A DNA stretch of 64,000 bases from positions 1 through 64,000 of the forward strand of contig JAUCBJ010001849.1 in the NCBI GenBank assembly GCA_032718475.1, read 5' to 3'. The DNA comes from Nemertoderma westbladi. Taxonomy: Eukaryota; Animalia; Xenacoelomorpha. The position numbers and the translations under genes are program-made. Every line of letters starts with the position of its first letter. Position 1 is the stretch's first letter. Positions 48,214 to 61,890 of this stretch are shown here, piece after piece. Below the pieces are notes generated by a model, which searched no databases, was not told the DNA's origin, and worked only from the letters and a program-made list of their open reading frames with translations.

Positions 48214-49275
48214 ATGTCCGAAACGACCAAAGATCATGTCCAATCAGTTGTTGGTCTTGTAAATCCAGAGGATCTCGGATATACGTTGACCCACGAACAC
48301 CTAAAGATCGATTACTCCAGTTGTGTGCAAGATTGCGGCGAACACGGAATATCTAATGAACTATTTAAAGGAGAGATTGCCTTAAACAACTTTAATTTAG
48401 TCAATCGATATCCGTATTGCCATGAGGATAACCTGAATGTAGCGAACGACGGTGAGTCTGTGCTGTCCGACGTTAAGTTGTTTAAGGAGCGCGGAGGCGG
48501 TTGTATTGTAGATAACACGACTATAGGTATAGGGCGAGACGCGACATTTCTGCGTGAACTTTCTACCCAAACTGGAGTTCATGTAATCGCCCCCACAGGT
48601 CTATATTTGAGTCACACAGTCCCAGCCTCCTACAGGGGTTACACTGTGGAGCAGCTGTACGATCTAATGGTTAAAGAGATTACCCAAGGTATCGATGGTA
48701 CTGACATTAAAGCTGGAGTTATAGGAGAGATAGGTTGCGAGTATCCGCTAGAGGCGTTAGAACGGAGGTGTTTGTTGGCGGCGTCGCAGACACAACAACA
48801 GCTCGGGGCTCCGCTTATAATACACCCGGGTCGCTATGACGACAGCCCGGTAGAGATAATGCGACTTGTGTTGGAGAGCGGAGGCCTTAAGGATAAAGTC
48901 GTTATGTCTCATATGGAGCGAACCTATGTGAACCCCGATTCGGTGTTCGATCTACTCGAGCTCGGGTGTATAGTCGAATACGATTTCTTCGGGATCGAAA
49001 CGAGTTTCTATCCGAAACGCAACGAGTTGGATATGATGAACGACGGCGAGAGAGTCAGGATTATAAAGAAGATTATCGATCAGGGATTCCTCCATAAGGT
49101 CGCCATCGCTCACGATATTCACACGAAACATCGACTCACTAAATACGGTGGCCATGGTTACTCCCACATTCTAGAACATATTGTACCGCTAATGTTGCGT
49201 CGGGGTATCAGCCAATCACAAGTCGACGTTGTGTTGAAGACGACGCCTCAGCGGTGGTTGACCTTTACCAAATAA
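48214..49275 (+). CDS. PTER: Phosphotriesterase-related protein, single coding exon
   Basis: TLTHEHL, IVDNTTIGIGRD, GVIGEIG, IIHPGR, MSH, AHDIHTKHRL.KYGGHGYSHIL. First ATG at 48214. Confidence 0.95.
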   Translation: MSETTKDHVQSVVGLVNPEDLGYTLTHEHLKIDYSSCVQDCGEHGISNELFKGEIALNNFNLVNRYPYCHEDNLNVANDGESVLSDVKLFKERGGGCIVDNTTIGIGRDATFLRELSTQTGVHVIAPTGLYLSHTVPASYRGYTVEQLYDLMVKEITQGIDGTDIKAGVIGEIGCEYPLEALERRCLLAASQTQQQLGAPLIIHPGRYDDSPVEIMRLVLESGGLKDKVVMSHMERTYVNPDSVFDLLELGCIVEYDFFGIETSFYPKRNELDMMNDGERVRIIKKIIDQGFLHKVAIAHDIHTKHRLTKYGGHGYSHILEHIVPLMLRRGISQSQVDVVLKTTPQRWLTFTK

Positions 49276-50170
49276 TACTTGATGAATCAATGATAATTAT
49301 TAATTAGGGATTATAAATTATCAATTAGTGAATGTTATTAAATTAACTCTTTATTTTTATAAAATATTTGTGGAGGATTGAATAGAATACGTCATTACAG
49401 TACTGGATTACCCGCAGTTTATTCTATATTATGTAACTGGTATAAACTATTGGTTTGGTTATACCCACTGATTACCATCGGTGTATCTCATTAATATATG
49501 ATTCGAGGACAATTAATACCAGACGGTTTATTTTATTCAAAAATGCACTTCCTGAATAAATGGAGAATTATTGGTTTCTTTATTTCTTTCTTTTTTCCTT
49601 TTTTTTATTCTATTCATTAATATTAGAAGAACCGGTAATAATGAAACACTATGAATCAATCGAAGATAGACATTACGAACTTACAAAAAGTGTTTGATTG
49701 AGGATGAGGTCAAATATATTGAAAAACCTAATAGCTGCAAGAAGGAAGGGCGATAAACTAGGAACAAGTTTCAGTGCAATAGTTGGTATCGATTTAGGTT
49801 TGATATCAGGAGTTTGGAGTGACTCATTGATGTTGGTGCATTAAATGGAATATGATGGAGCTGCTGGGGCCAGCCCAGGGTAAACACACTGTTAGAATAG
49901 TTTGTCCTTGTAACACCGTCTTAGGTGATGATTGACATGGTTGATTTGATTATTTTGGACAGTAACTACAATATAACTAATAACTACTCACTACAAGATC
50001 ATTACACTTTTATGTAGGCCTCTTGCACAAACGCACAGCTGAGTTTACCACAGTAAGATAATAACTCCATTCTCATGCATTCAAATATCTGTCTGTAGTA
50101 TTTTTAATGGATGTGTTTCGTTTATTTGTTGTCGTTGTTGATAATTATTTGGGCCTAACAACGTTGTTAA

Positions 50171-51157
50171 GGGGAGTAGTAGGCCTACAGTCATGTTTTC
50201 CATACAAACTACTATTACGCCTCTGTACCATTTTAGAACGCATCAGACTACTTTATAGGCCAACTGTTCTTGCATTCCAACCGGAATTTAATGGGCTTTC
50301 TGGTGAACCAATTTTTTTTCATATATTTACTATTTAGCTAATTTTTTTGAAAAATGGACCTAATTTTAAATAAAAATAGCCAAATAATTTGTGTAACAAA
50401 CATTAAAATCACAATTCGGTGATTATGCGTACATAATATAAAAAAAACTAATACAATTGGTTCACGTTATTCTACGGTAAAAAGTGATCCTATTGAGAAA
50501 TTTTCAAGTCCATAGCTCAAATGGCAGTTGAGAAACATGTACCGAAAAATTCTAAAAACTCATTTTGAGAAAAATTCAGTTTAAATTTGAACCTTCCCGC
50601 GCATAAACGTCTGTTATTATTTAGTTTAAGTTAGTTTAATTTAGTTTATTATTAAGTTATTCAGTTTTCACTTTTAATGAAATCTTGTTAGTCTGTATGA
50701 CTGTCTGTCGGTATTTCTGACTATCCGACAATCTGTCCGTCAAATATAAGAAAAGGGCATACAATCTAGTTAAAAGTTTAGCAATTAAAAAGTTAAAAGC
50801 AGTTAAATAGCAGTTAAAAGTCTAGTTTAGCAGTCAGTCTGTCGGTTATATTTTGACGGATAGTCAGACAGGCATACAGACAGAAACGACGAGGCCAAAT
50901 TTGAATATTGACATCAGAAATGAAGTCACCGACCACGAAAACACATATATAGGGAATTTTTTAGACCGATAGTTTGCTTTTTATTGACGGACAGACATAC
51001 TGACAGACAAACCGACAGTCAATCGGACAGACAGCCATATCTCGAGAATTAAAACAGATCTTGGTAAACGGTTTTCAAATTTGGAATCTTGATATTGCTC
51101 TAGATGAAACAGAAAAAAAATTGAAAAAAAAAATGGACGCCTGTACTACAACTCCCC
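50171..51157. mobile_element. Kolobok-like non-autonomous DNA transposon
   Basis: TTAA|GGGGAGTAGTAG ... CTACAACTCCCC|TTAA: 12-bp TIR with one mismatch, GG terminus and TTAA TSD. Confidence 0.65.
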
Positions 51158-51334
51158 TTAAACTTATATCGAGGATAAAGTTAATGTTTAAATTGCCGCT
51201 GTTTATTGTTAAGCACTAAGATGATGCTTAATACCTGCTACATACATCGGGGAGGTTTCGGCGATGTGGTATCACGAGGTACAGGTGACCAAATATAATA
51301 TCCCAAAGTGTGTTCATATTATTGAGAACGTCTA

Positions 51335-52432
51335 GGTTAGGTTAATGTAACAGACTCAGTAGGTTTAGGTTACTGTAACAGACTCAGTAGGTTTAGGTCA
51401 CTGTAACAGACTCAGTAGGTTTAGGTAACTGTAACAGACTCGGTAGGTTTAGGTTACTGTAACAGACTCGGTAGGTTTAGGTTACTGTAACAGACTCGGT
51501 AGGTTTAGGTTACTGTAACAGACTCGGTAGGTTTAGGTTACTGTAACAGACTCGGTAGGTTTAGGTTACTGTAACAGACTCGGCAGGTTTAGGTTACTGT
51601 AACAGACTCGGTAGGTTTAGGTTACTGTAACAGACTCGGTAGGTTTAGGTTACTGTAACAGACTCGGTAGGTTTAGGTTACTGTAACAGACTCGGTAGGT
51701 TTAGGTTACTGTAACAGACTCGGTAGGTTTAGGTTACTGTAACAGACTCGGCAGGCTTAGCTTACTGTAACAGACTCGGTAGGTTTAGGTTACTGTAACA
51801 AACTCGGTAGTTTTAGGTGACTGTAACAGACTCGGTAGGTTTAGGTTACTGTAACAGACTCGGTAGGTTTAGGTTACTGTAACAGACTCGGTAGGTTTAG
51901 GTTACTGTAACAAACTCGGTAGTTTTAGGTGACTGTAACAGACTCGGTAGGTTTAGGTTACTGTAACAGACTCGGTAGGTTTAGGTTACTGTAACAGACT
52001 CGGTAGGTTTAGGTTACTGTAACAGACTCGGCAGGCTTAGCTTACTGTAACAGACTCGGTAGGTTTAGGTTACTGTAACAAACTCGGTAGTTTTAGGTGA
52101 CTGTAACAGACTCGGTAGGTTTAGGTTACTGTAACAGACTCGGTAGGTTTAGGTTACTGTAACAGACTCGGTAGGTTTAGGTTACTGTAACATACTCGGT
52201 ATGTTTAGGTTACTGTAACAGACTCGGTAGGTTTATGTTACTGTAACAGACTCGGTAGGTTTAGGTTACTGTAACAGACTCAGGTAACAGACTCAGTAGG
52301 TTTAGGTTACTGTAACAGACTCTGTAGGTTTAGTACTGTAACAGACTCAGTAGGTTTAGGTTACAGACTCGGTAGGTTTAGGTTACTGTAACAGATTCGG
52401 TAGGTTTAGGTTACTGTAACAAACTCGGTAGG
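51335..52432. repeat. 28-bp minisatellite (GGTAGGTTTAGGTTACTGTAACAGACTC), about 38 copies
   Basis: Direct reading. Confidence 0.96.
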
Positions 52433-53727
52433 TTCTCACAGTGAGCGCAGGGGGCGTTTTATTATTTTTTTTCTAGGGGGGGGGGGGGGGGGGGGCGTCT
52501 ATCTCCTTGTAATAAACAGATACATTTTGTAAAAAAAAATTGACATTAACATCATTACATTTTTGTAATAATAATATTAAATAACTAAAACCAATACAAA
52601 GAAACAAGAATAAATTATTCAATAGATAAAACTGTTTGATACCGAACAGTAAATAATACGACAAAAAAAGCGAGATAAAACAATCAAATTGTTGAGGACA
52701 AGAAACACCTGTTTTGGAAACTGATAACAATTTTTTAAATATTTATTTCTACACCTCATGAAATTTGACAAATCTTAACAAATATAAATAAATATGTAGG
52801 ATATATACCACCAAAACTCTTAAAAGCACCAACCACTCGAACACAAGTGACACAGTATATGGCACATATCTCCATGACAACATTTTAATTTAAATATGAT
52901 AAGTATTGTTCCTGTATTATATATTTTTTTTGTGTTGAAACAACAATGAAAGTGTTACTGCCCTTTAGGCCACTACAGAATATCCGACATCAAAAAATAC
53001 ACCCAATAATGATATCATAAAGTTATAAGACAAATAAAGTAAATATTAGCGTAAAATAAATAAACTAAAACAATAGAAATAAGGAAAAGGACTAAAATGG
53101 CCTCGAGTAGCAGCACATTATTAGAAACTACATGACTAAAAGGAAAGATGAGCCAATAGTTAGATAAGGAATGGCTAGTGAGCCGGGAATGCACATATAT
53201 TGCTGTGCCGCGGATTTTGTGCACAATATTGAGTAGGTAACCAATTAATTATCGTACTACTACCACATCCATTAATAAGAAACGATCACCATGTCATAAA
53301 CATTACATAAACAGTATAAAAATATATATCGCTATTATTAAACAAAAGGAATACCTATGAAGAAAATGGGAAAAAATGTACCGCGTTGGTGAAATAGAAA
53401 TCCAACCTTAAAATAAAAATCGCGAAATAAAGATTCGAACACAATTATCTTAGAGTAATTTAAATTGCTAAATATCTCAAGCACCGATACATTATATTTG
53501 TTGATATGAAAAAGAAATCTAAATCATAATAATTAATAATATTAATAGCAAAATCATAACAAACAAATATGCAGCCCAGAGCCGCCAACCGTTAATTTTA
53601 TATATAGAACGTAACATGGAGCGCAATGTCACACAGCATAGTCACTCATAGAAGTTAGGGGACACGCAGCACCGCAAGCAGGACCGTGGTCCTAGCCACA
53701 TATAATCAAACGGCAAGACACACAGAC

Positions 53728-55642
53728 AGGTTAATGTAAAACAAAGTCGCACAGCTGTTAATGTCATACAAAGTCGCACAGCTGTTAATGTCATACAAAG
53801 TCGCACAGCTGTTAATGTCATACAAAGTCGCACAGCTGTTAATGTCACACAAAGTCGCACAGCTGTTAATGTCATACAAAGTCGCACAGCTGTTACACAA
53901 AGTCGCATAGCTGTTACACAAAGTCGCACAGCTAGGTTAATATCACACAAAGTCACACAGCTGTTAATGTCACGCAAAAGTCTCTCAGCTGTTAATGTCA
54001 CACAAAGTCGCACATGTAGGTTAATGTCACCCAAAGTCGCACAGCTGTTAATGTCACACAATGTCGCACAGCTGTTACACAAAGTCGCACAGCTGTTACA
54101 CAAAGTCCCACAACCAGGTTAATGTCACCCAAAGTCGCACAGCTGTTAATGTCACACAAAGTCGCACAGCTAGGTTAATGTCACCCAAAGTCGCACAACC
54201 AGATGAATGTTACACAAAGTCGCACAGCTAGGTTAATATCACACAAAGTCACACAGCTGTTAATGTCACGCAAAAGTCGCTCAGCTGTTAATGTCACACA
54301 AAGTCGCACAGGTAGGATAATGTCACCCAAAGTCGCACAGCTGTTAATGTCACACAATGTCGCACAGCTGTTACACAAAGTCGTACAGCTGTTACACAAA
54401 GTCCCACAACCAGGTTAATGTCACCCAAAGTCGCACAGCTGTTAATGTCACACAAAGTCGCACAGCTAGGTTAATGTCACCCAAAGTCGCACAACCAGAT
54501 GAATGTTACACAAAGTCGCACAGCTAGGTTAATGTCCCACAAAGTCGCACAGCTGTTAATGTTACACAAAGTCCCACAACCAGATTAATGTCACACAACG
54601 TCGCACATCTGTTAATGTCACACAAAGTCCCTCAACCAGATTAATGTCACATAAAGTCGCAGAACTAGATTAATGTCACTCAAAGTCGCACAGCTGTTAA
54701 TGTCACACAAAGTCGCACAGCTGCTAATGTGACAAAAGTCGCACAGCTGTTAATGTCACACAAAGTCGCCCAGCTGTTAATGTCACAAAAAGTCGAACAG
54801 CTGTTAATTTCACACAAAGTCGCACAGCTGCTAATGTCACACAAAGTCCCACAACCAGATTAATGTCACACAAAGTCCCACAGCTATATTAATGTCACAC
54901 AAAGTCGCACAGCTAGGTTAATGGCACACAAAGTCGCACAGCTGTTAATGTCACACAAAGTCCCACAGCTAGATTAATGTCACACAAAGTCGCACAGCTA
55001 GGTTAATGTCACACAAAGTCGCACAGCTGTTAATGTCGCACAAAGTCCCACAGCTAGGTTAATGTCATACAAAGACGCACAGCTAGGTTAATGTCACACA
55101 AAGTCGCACAGCTGCTAATGTCACACAAAGTCCCACAACCAGATTAATGTCACACAAAGTCCCACAGCTATATTAATGTCACACAAAGTCGCACAGCTAG
55201 GTTAATGGCACACAAAGTCGCACAGCTGTTAATGTCACACAAAGTCCCACAGCTAGATTAATGTCACACAAAGTCGCACAGCTAGGTTAATGTCACACAA
55301 AGTCGCACAGCTGTTAATGTCGCACAAAGTCCCACAGCTAGGTTAATGTCACACAAAGACGCACAGCTAGGTTAATGTCACACAAAGTCGCACAGCTGTT
55401 AATGTCACACAAAGTCGCACAACCAGATTAATGTTACACAAAGTCGCACAACTAGGTTAATGGCCCACAAAGTCGCACAGCTGTTAATGTCACACAAAGT
55501 CCCACAACCAGATTAATGTCACACAAGTCGCACATCTGTTAATGTCACACAAAGTCCCTCAACCAGATTAATTTCACACAAAGTCGCACAGCTGTTAATG
55601 TCACACAAAGTCGCACAACCAGATTAATATTACACAAAGTCA
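53728..55642. repeat. 21/27/29-bp minisatellite (GTTAATGTCACACAAAGTCGCACAGCT) with higher-order duplications of about 296 bp
   Basis: Direct reading. Variant blocks recur at 53931/54227 and 54105/54401. Confidence 0.95.
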
Positions 55643-56042
55643 TACATGTCCAGGTGTCCACCCCGCGACAAACAAAGACAAAATATAAAAACAAATGAGC
55701 ACAAGGCAAAACGAATAAGAACAATAAAGATTAAATCGAAATATATTTAGTTCAAAATAAGATTTTTTAGAAACTATTTGAATTAATTTGGTTTATAGTG
55801 ATAAAATATTTTTTGTTTGATATGTAGAACAGTAACTGACAATGTTTGATACAATGGGGAAGCAATAAAACCGATTGATTACGGAAGTATTACCGGCGAG
55901 AAAACCAGGAAATCCTGAGACGAAATAAAAGATATGAGCGATAAAAATAACTAAAAGGTGAAATTTATAATATTATGCAGCTAAAAGAGTTCCTTATCAC
56001 TTAGTTACAAAGTGGGTCTCGCAACTAAATAACAAGGAACTA

Positions 56043-58455
56043 CCAGTAAATAAACAACAACCCGTGTCAGTAAATAAACAACAACCAGTGTCAGTAAATA
56101 AACAACAACCCGTGTCAGTAAATAAACAACAACCAGTGTCAGTAAATAAACAACAACCCGTGTCAGTAAATAAACAACAACCTGTGTCAGATAAATAAAC
56201 AACAACCTGTGTCAGATAAATAAACAACAACCAGTGTCAGTAAATAAACAACAACCAGTGTCAGTAAATAAACAACAACCAGTGTCAGTAAATAAACAAC
56301 AACCATTGTCAGTAAATAAACAACAACCCGTGTCAGTAAATAAACAACAACCAGTGTCAGTAAATAAACAACAACCAGTGTCAGTAAATAAACAACAACC
56401 CGTGTCAGGAAATAAACAACAACCAGTGTCAGTAAATAAACAACAACAAGCGTCAGTAAATAAACAACAACCAGTGTCAGTAAATATACAACAACCAGTG
56501 TCAGTAAATAAACAACAACCAGTGTCAGTAAATAAACAACAACCCGTGTCAGTAAATAAACAACAACCCGTGTCAGTAAATAAACAACAACCCATGTCAG
56601 TAAATAAACAACAACCAGTGTCAGTAAATAAACAACAACCAGTGTCAGTAAATAAACAACAACCAGTGTCAGTAAATAAACAACAACCAGTGTCAGTAAA
56701 TAAACAACAACCCGTGTCAGTAAATAAACAACAACCCGTGTCAGTAAATAAACAACAACCCGTGTCAGTAAATAAACAACAACCAGTGTCAGTAAATAAA
56801 CAACAACCAGTGTCAGTAAATAAACAACAACCCGTGTCAGTAAATAAACAACAACCAGTGTCAGTAAATAAACAACAACCAGTGTCAGTAAATAAACAAC
56901 AACCAGTGTCAGTAAATAAACAACAACCAGTGTCAGTAAATAAACAACAACCCGTGTCAGTAAATAAACAACAACCAGTGTCAGTAAATAAACAACAACC
57001 CGTGTCAGTTAATAAACAACAACCCGTGTCAGTAAATAAACAACAACCCGTGTCAGTAAATAAACAACAACCCGTGTCAGTAAATAAACAACAACCCGTG
57101 TCAGTAAATAAACAACAACCCGTGTCAGTAAATAAACAACAACCCATGTCAGTAAATAAACAACAACCAGTGTCAGTAAATAAACAACAACCAGTGTCAG
57201 TAAATAAACAACAACCCGTGTCAGTAAATAAACAACAACCCGTGTCAGTAAATAAACAACAACCCGTGCCAGTAAATAAACAACAACCAGTGTCAGTAAA
57301 TAAACAACAACCAGTGTCAGTAAATAAACAACAACCCGTGTCAGTAAATAAACAACAACCAGTGTCAGTAAATAAACAACAACCAGTGTCAGTAAATAAA
57401 CAACAACCAGTGTCAGTAAATAAACAACAACCAGTGTCAGTAAATAAACAACAACCAGTGTCAGTAAATAAACAACAACCCGTGTCAGTAAATAAACAAC
57501 AACCAGTGTCAGTAAATAAACAACAACCAGTGTCAGTAAATAAACAACAACCAGTGTCAGTAAATAAACAACAACCAGTGTCAGTAAATAAACAACAACC
57601 CGTGTCAGTAAATAAACAACAACCAGTGTCAGTAAATAAACAACAACCAGTGTCAGTAAATAAACAACAACCCGTGTCAGTAAATAAACAACAACCCGTG
57701 TCAGTAAATAAACAACAACCCGTGTCAGTAAATAAACAACAACCAGTGTCAGTAAATAAACAACAACCCGTGTCAGTAAATAAACAACAACCAGTGTCAG
57801 TAAATAAACAACAACCCGTGTCAGTAAATAAACAACAACCAGTGTCAGTAAATAAACAACAACCCGTGTCAGTAAATAAACAACAACCCGTGTCAGTAAA
57901 TAAACAACAACCCGTGTCAGTAAATAAACAACAACCAGTGTCAGTGAATAAACAACAACCCGTGTCAGTAAATAAACAACAACCAGTGTCAGTAAATAAA
58001 CAACAACCCGTGTCAGTAAATAAACAACAACCCGTGTCAGTAAATAAACAACAACCCGTGTCAGTAAATAAACAACAACCAGTGTCAGTGAATAAACAAC
58101 AACCCGTGTCAGTAAATAAACAACAACCAGTGTCAGTAAATAAACAACAACCAGTGTCAGGAAATAAACAACAACCAGTGTCAGTAAATAAACAACAACC
58201 CGTGTCAGTAAATAAACAACAACCAGTGTCAGTAAATAAACAACAACCAGTGTCAGTAAATAAACAACAACCCGTGTCAGTAAATAAACAACAACCAGTG
58301 TCAGTAAATAAACAACAACCCGTGTCAGTAAATAAACAACAACCAGTGTCAGTGAATAAACAACAACCCGTGTCAGTAAATAAACAACAACCAGTGTCAG
58401 TAAATAAACAACAACCCGTGTCAGTAAATAAACAACAACCCGTGTCAGTAAATAT
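56043..58455. repeat. 24-bp minisatellite (GTGTCAGTAAATAAACAACAACC(A/C)), about 100 copies
   Basis: Direct reading; very homogeneous. Confidence 0.98.
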
Positions 58456-58944
58456 AAATACAAATTCATGATGAATAATTATGGAGTAGAGAAATTTTGA
58501 AATTAAATTTTCTAAAAATTGAAATGAAATATTCTGTAAATATAAACTCAATGATATACTATTTATGTTTACCGAGAAGCTCAGCTAAGCTGCTTGTCAT
58601 AATAACAAAAATAAATGTGAAATTAATGAATTTCTGATTTAAAAGTTTAACGTTTTCCGATAAACAAATAATGAAATGTGGATTTAGGGAAAAAGGCACC
58701 AAAATACCCCGAAGAACCGATTAAATAGAACCCGCCATAAAATATATAAATATTGAATTTTTACAAAACCTTTTTGTCCAAAAAATGAGGTTAATTGAAA
58801 AGTAAATAAAATATGAAGTTAAATAAATGACCCTTTTTTACACTTAATTCCAAAAGATTTTGTTTGGATTGTTTGTATAAATACGAATAAATGATTATAC
58901 CGGTATTTTTTGGACAAAAATTCCCCCAAGTGGGCGGGTTCGGG

Positions 58945-60771
58945 TTATATTTCCTTGATGCGATGCCTATTGTGCATGGGTTGGAGTTGGTAGGTCTGAT
59001 CGTTGGTCTGTCCGGTGAGAACCGACAACGAGGAGGCCCGCTTCATCGCCCCGGACGGCGGCGGGGGCGTCAACTCGCTACTCCCTCGCAACGCCTTCAC
59101 CAACTTCCGGCTGCTCGTCTGTATCGACTGGCGGAGTTTCGTGAAACTCCCGCTGTGCTGCATGCGGCCGTCCCCGGTGCCGTGCCACTCCGCCACCCGC
59201 TCCCCTGCGGCGTCGTACGCCACCCGCTCCCCAGCGGCGTCGTACGCCACCCCCGGCCCCTCCCGTTGCCGCCTGGCCCTCCCGGACAGCGGCAGCTCCC
59301 CGCCGCAGCTCAGCACCTCCTGTATCCGGGAGGCCCGAACCCCATCCAACGTGTTCTTCCGCGCCCGAGTCGCGCAGTCCTCGAGAATATCCGCCGCGTC
59401 GAACTTACCTTGTCGGCGGTACAAAGCGCCGAGATTCCTTAGCGTCATAGAGACCGTGGGGAGATCCACCCGGTTGGACTTGTACCAGGCGCCATTGGGC
59501 TCGGAATCCAGACTGGCCGGACGGACGACCACACCGGAATCCGAGTCCATCGCCCGCAGGAGGACCTGCTTGTACAGCTGCTCCGCCGCGTTCAACTTAC
59601 CCTGTTTCAGATACGCGGAAGCCAAATTATTCTTCGTTTTCGCCACATTAGGATCATTGGGTCCCAACTTACTCAGGTAAATATCCAAAGCCTTTCCGTA
59701 GTATATCTCCACCTCGTCGTACTTACCCTGGTTCTGACACAACAACGCCAGGTTATTCAGCTGTTTGGCAACGTCCGGATGATCGGCTCCTAACATTCGC
59801 TCCCGTATCTCCAATGCTCGCTTACACAAGGGCTCGGCGTCCCGGTACCGACCCCGCTTACCGTAGAGAACCGCTAGGTTGTTGAGGGTCGCCGCTACTG
59901 CAGGGTGATCCCTGCCTAACGTCGACTCCCTGATTGCCAAGGCGTCGTTCAGTAGCGCGGCAGCCTCTTTATACTTACACTGATCGCGATAAACCAAGGC
60001 CAATATGTTGAGCATGGTGGCCACATCTGGGTGGTCCCGTCCCGAGTTCCGTTCGAGGTCCTCCAGCGCTTGTTTACACAGCGGGACGGCGACCTCGTAA
60101 CGACCTTCAGACGCGTACTGTATGACGAGGTTGTGGAGGGTTCGCAGTCTAGCGGGGACCTCCACCCCGGTACCGGTACCCGCGGAGACCACCGACTGCT
60201 TATCCTCACCTCCGGTTTCCTCCTCCTCGCCGAATCCCAGATCCAATTCGTTTATTATCGCCTCCGGAGTGTCCTCCTCGTGGGTTACCTTGGCGACGTA
60301 CTCCGGGTCTTCCAGACGACGCATCTCGAGTTGATGTTTGAATTGTTTGTGTTCTTCCTCCAGTTGCACCACGATTAGTTCGCTGCTCTGGAGTTTCTGC
60401 TGGGTCGTGGTTAACTCTTCTCGTAGCCAAGTATTCTCCTGACAAAGCCGTTTAACCTGCGAACGGAGTTTCAATTTCTCTCCTTCTAAGTGCGTCGTAT
60501 AGTTGATCATCGTTATTAGAACTTGGGCGTCAGATATTCCGCATTCTAACAGGTCCAGCGTCTTTACAACATTTTCGTTTTTGTCCTGCTCCGCTGCGCT
60601 TTCGCTGCCGCTAGACGATTTATCTAATCGCGAATCGGTTTTTAGACAACCGAATTCGGATTTTAACTGCTGTAATCCTTCGACGACGGTCTTCGTATTG
60701 GATATTAAATCTTCGTGGTTTAATTTAGCCGATTTACTTGGGGATGTTAGAGTTTCTGGTAAACCCATCAT
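58945..60771 (-). CDS. KLC: Kinesin light chain, single coding exon
   Basis: [23 protein letters not shown] heptads, [34 protein letters not shown], TPRs ([32 protein letters not shown]) and MKRASSL. Confidence 0.97.
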   Translation of the reverse strand: MMGLPETLTSPSKSAKLNHEDLISNTKTVVEGLQQLKSEFGCLKTDSRLDKSSSGSESAAEQDKNENVVKTLDLLECGISDAQVLITMINYTTHLEGEKLKLRSQVKRLCQENTWLREELTTTQQKLQSSELIVVQLEEEHKQFKHQLEMRRLEDPEYVAKVTHEEDTPEAIINELDLGFGEEEETGGEDKQSVVSAGTGTGVEVPARLRTLHNLVIQYASEGRYEVAVPLCKQALEDLERNSGRDHPDVATMLNILALVYRDQCKYKEAAALLNDALAIRESTLGRDHPAVAATLNNLAVLYGKRGRYRDAEPLCKRALEIRERMLGADHPDVAKQLNNLALLCQNQGKYDEVEIYYGKALDIYLSKLGPNDPNVAKTKNNLASAYLKQGKLNAAEQLYKQVLLRAMDSDSGVVVRPASLDSEPNGAWYKSNRVDLPTVSMTLRNLGALYRRQGKFDAADILEDCATRARKNTLDGVRASRIQEVLSCGGELPLSGRARRQREGPGVAYDAAGERVAYDAAGERVAEWHGTGDGRMQHSGSFTKLRQSIQTSSRKLVKALRGSSELTPPPPSGAMKRASSLSVLTGQTNDQTYQLQPMHNRHRIKEI

Positions 60772-61127
60772 TCGGCATTCGGTGATATTTTGTACAGTAT
60801 GATGATTTTCAAGTTTCCTGTACCGGAACCTGTTTTTATACTGTTAATACAGTAATATAAGTTTCAAGTTTCAATCAAATAATTAATACATGTAATAATG
60901 TATTAGGCCTACTGTATTACCGGTAGGGCGGTAGGCCTATTTCAGTATTTAAGTTAGATCAGTAGATTAGGAGGTCCTGCAGTCTTGTCATAAACTCATA
61001 GCAGCTTAGTAATACTGTAATACTGTAATACAGTAATAGCAGTACTACAGCGCAGTAGGCTAGGTGGAAGGAGGAAAACGCCACAAGGAATAAGGGTGAG
61101 TACAAAACGGAGACCGGAGATGGGAGA

Positions 61128-61890
61128 CCAGTACAAAAGGGAGACCCCCCAAGTCCAAAAGGGAGACCCCCCAAGTACAAAAGGGAGGCCCCCCAAGTAC
61201 AAAAGGGAGGCCCAGAAGTACAAAAGGGAGACCACCCCCCCCCCCCCCCCCCACCCCCCAAGTACAAAATGGAGACCCCCAAGTACAAAAGGGAGACCCC
61301 CCAAGTACAAAAGGGAGGCCCCCCAAGTACAAAAGGGAGAACCCCAAGTACAAAAGGGAGACCCCTCAAGTACAAAAGGAAGACCCCCCCCCCCCAGTAC
61401 AAAAGGGAGACCACCCCAAATTACAAAAGGGAGACACCCCCAAGTACAAAAGGGAGACCCCCAAGTACAAAAGGGAGACCACCCCAAAGTACAAAAGGGG
61501 ACCCCCCAAGTACAAAAGGGAGACCCCAAGTACAAAAGGGAGACCACCCCCATGTACAAAAGGGAGACCCGCCAAGTACAAAAGGGAGACCCCCCAAGTA
61601 CAAAAGGGAGACCCCCAAGTACAAAAGGGAGACCCGCCAAGTACAAAAGGGAGACCCCCAAGTACAAAGGGAGACCCCCCAAGTACAAAAGGGAGACCCC
61701 CAAGTACAAAAGGGAGACCCGCCAAGTACAAAAGGGAGACCCCCAAGTACAAAAGGGAGACCCCCATGTACAAAGGGAGACCCCCCAAGTACAAAAGGGA
61801 GACCCCCAAGTACAAAAGGGAGACCCCCCAAGTACTAAATGAAGATCCCCTAAGTACAAAAGGGAGACCCCCCCCCCCCCCCCAAGTACT
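61128..61890. repeat. About 21-23-bp minisatellite (AAGTACAAAAGGGAGACCCCC) upstream of KLC
   Basis: Direct reading; variable C-run. Confidence 0.95.

Noticed and set aside
46449-49275. Bacterial operon or horizontal transfer of mtnC/php-like genes
   Set aside because: The motifs match animal ENOPH1 and PTER, the genes are 1 kb apart in AT-rich DNA, and they are flanked by host repeats.
51335-55642. Possible CRISPR arrays (about 28-bp repeats, partly palindromic)
   Set aside because: Units are head-to-tail with no unique spacers, there are no cas genes, and the context is eukaryotic.
56212-58551. 745-779-aa repeat ORFs (FTDTGCCL / PVSVNKQQ)
   Set aside because: The 24-bp minisatellite is open in several frames on both strands, with no unique coding context.
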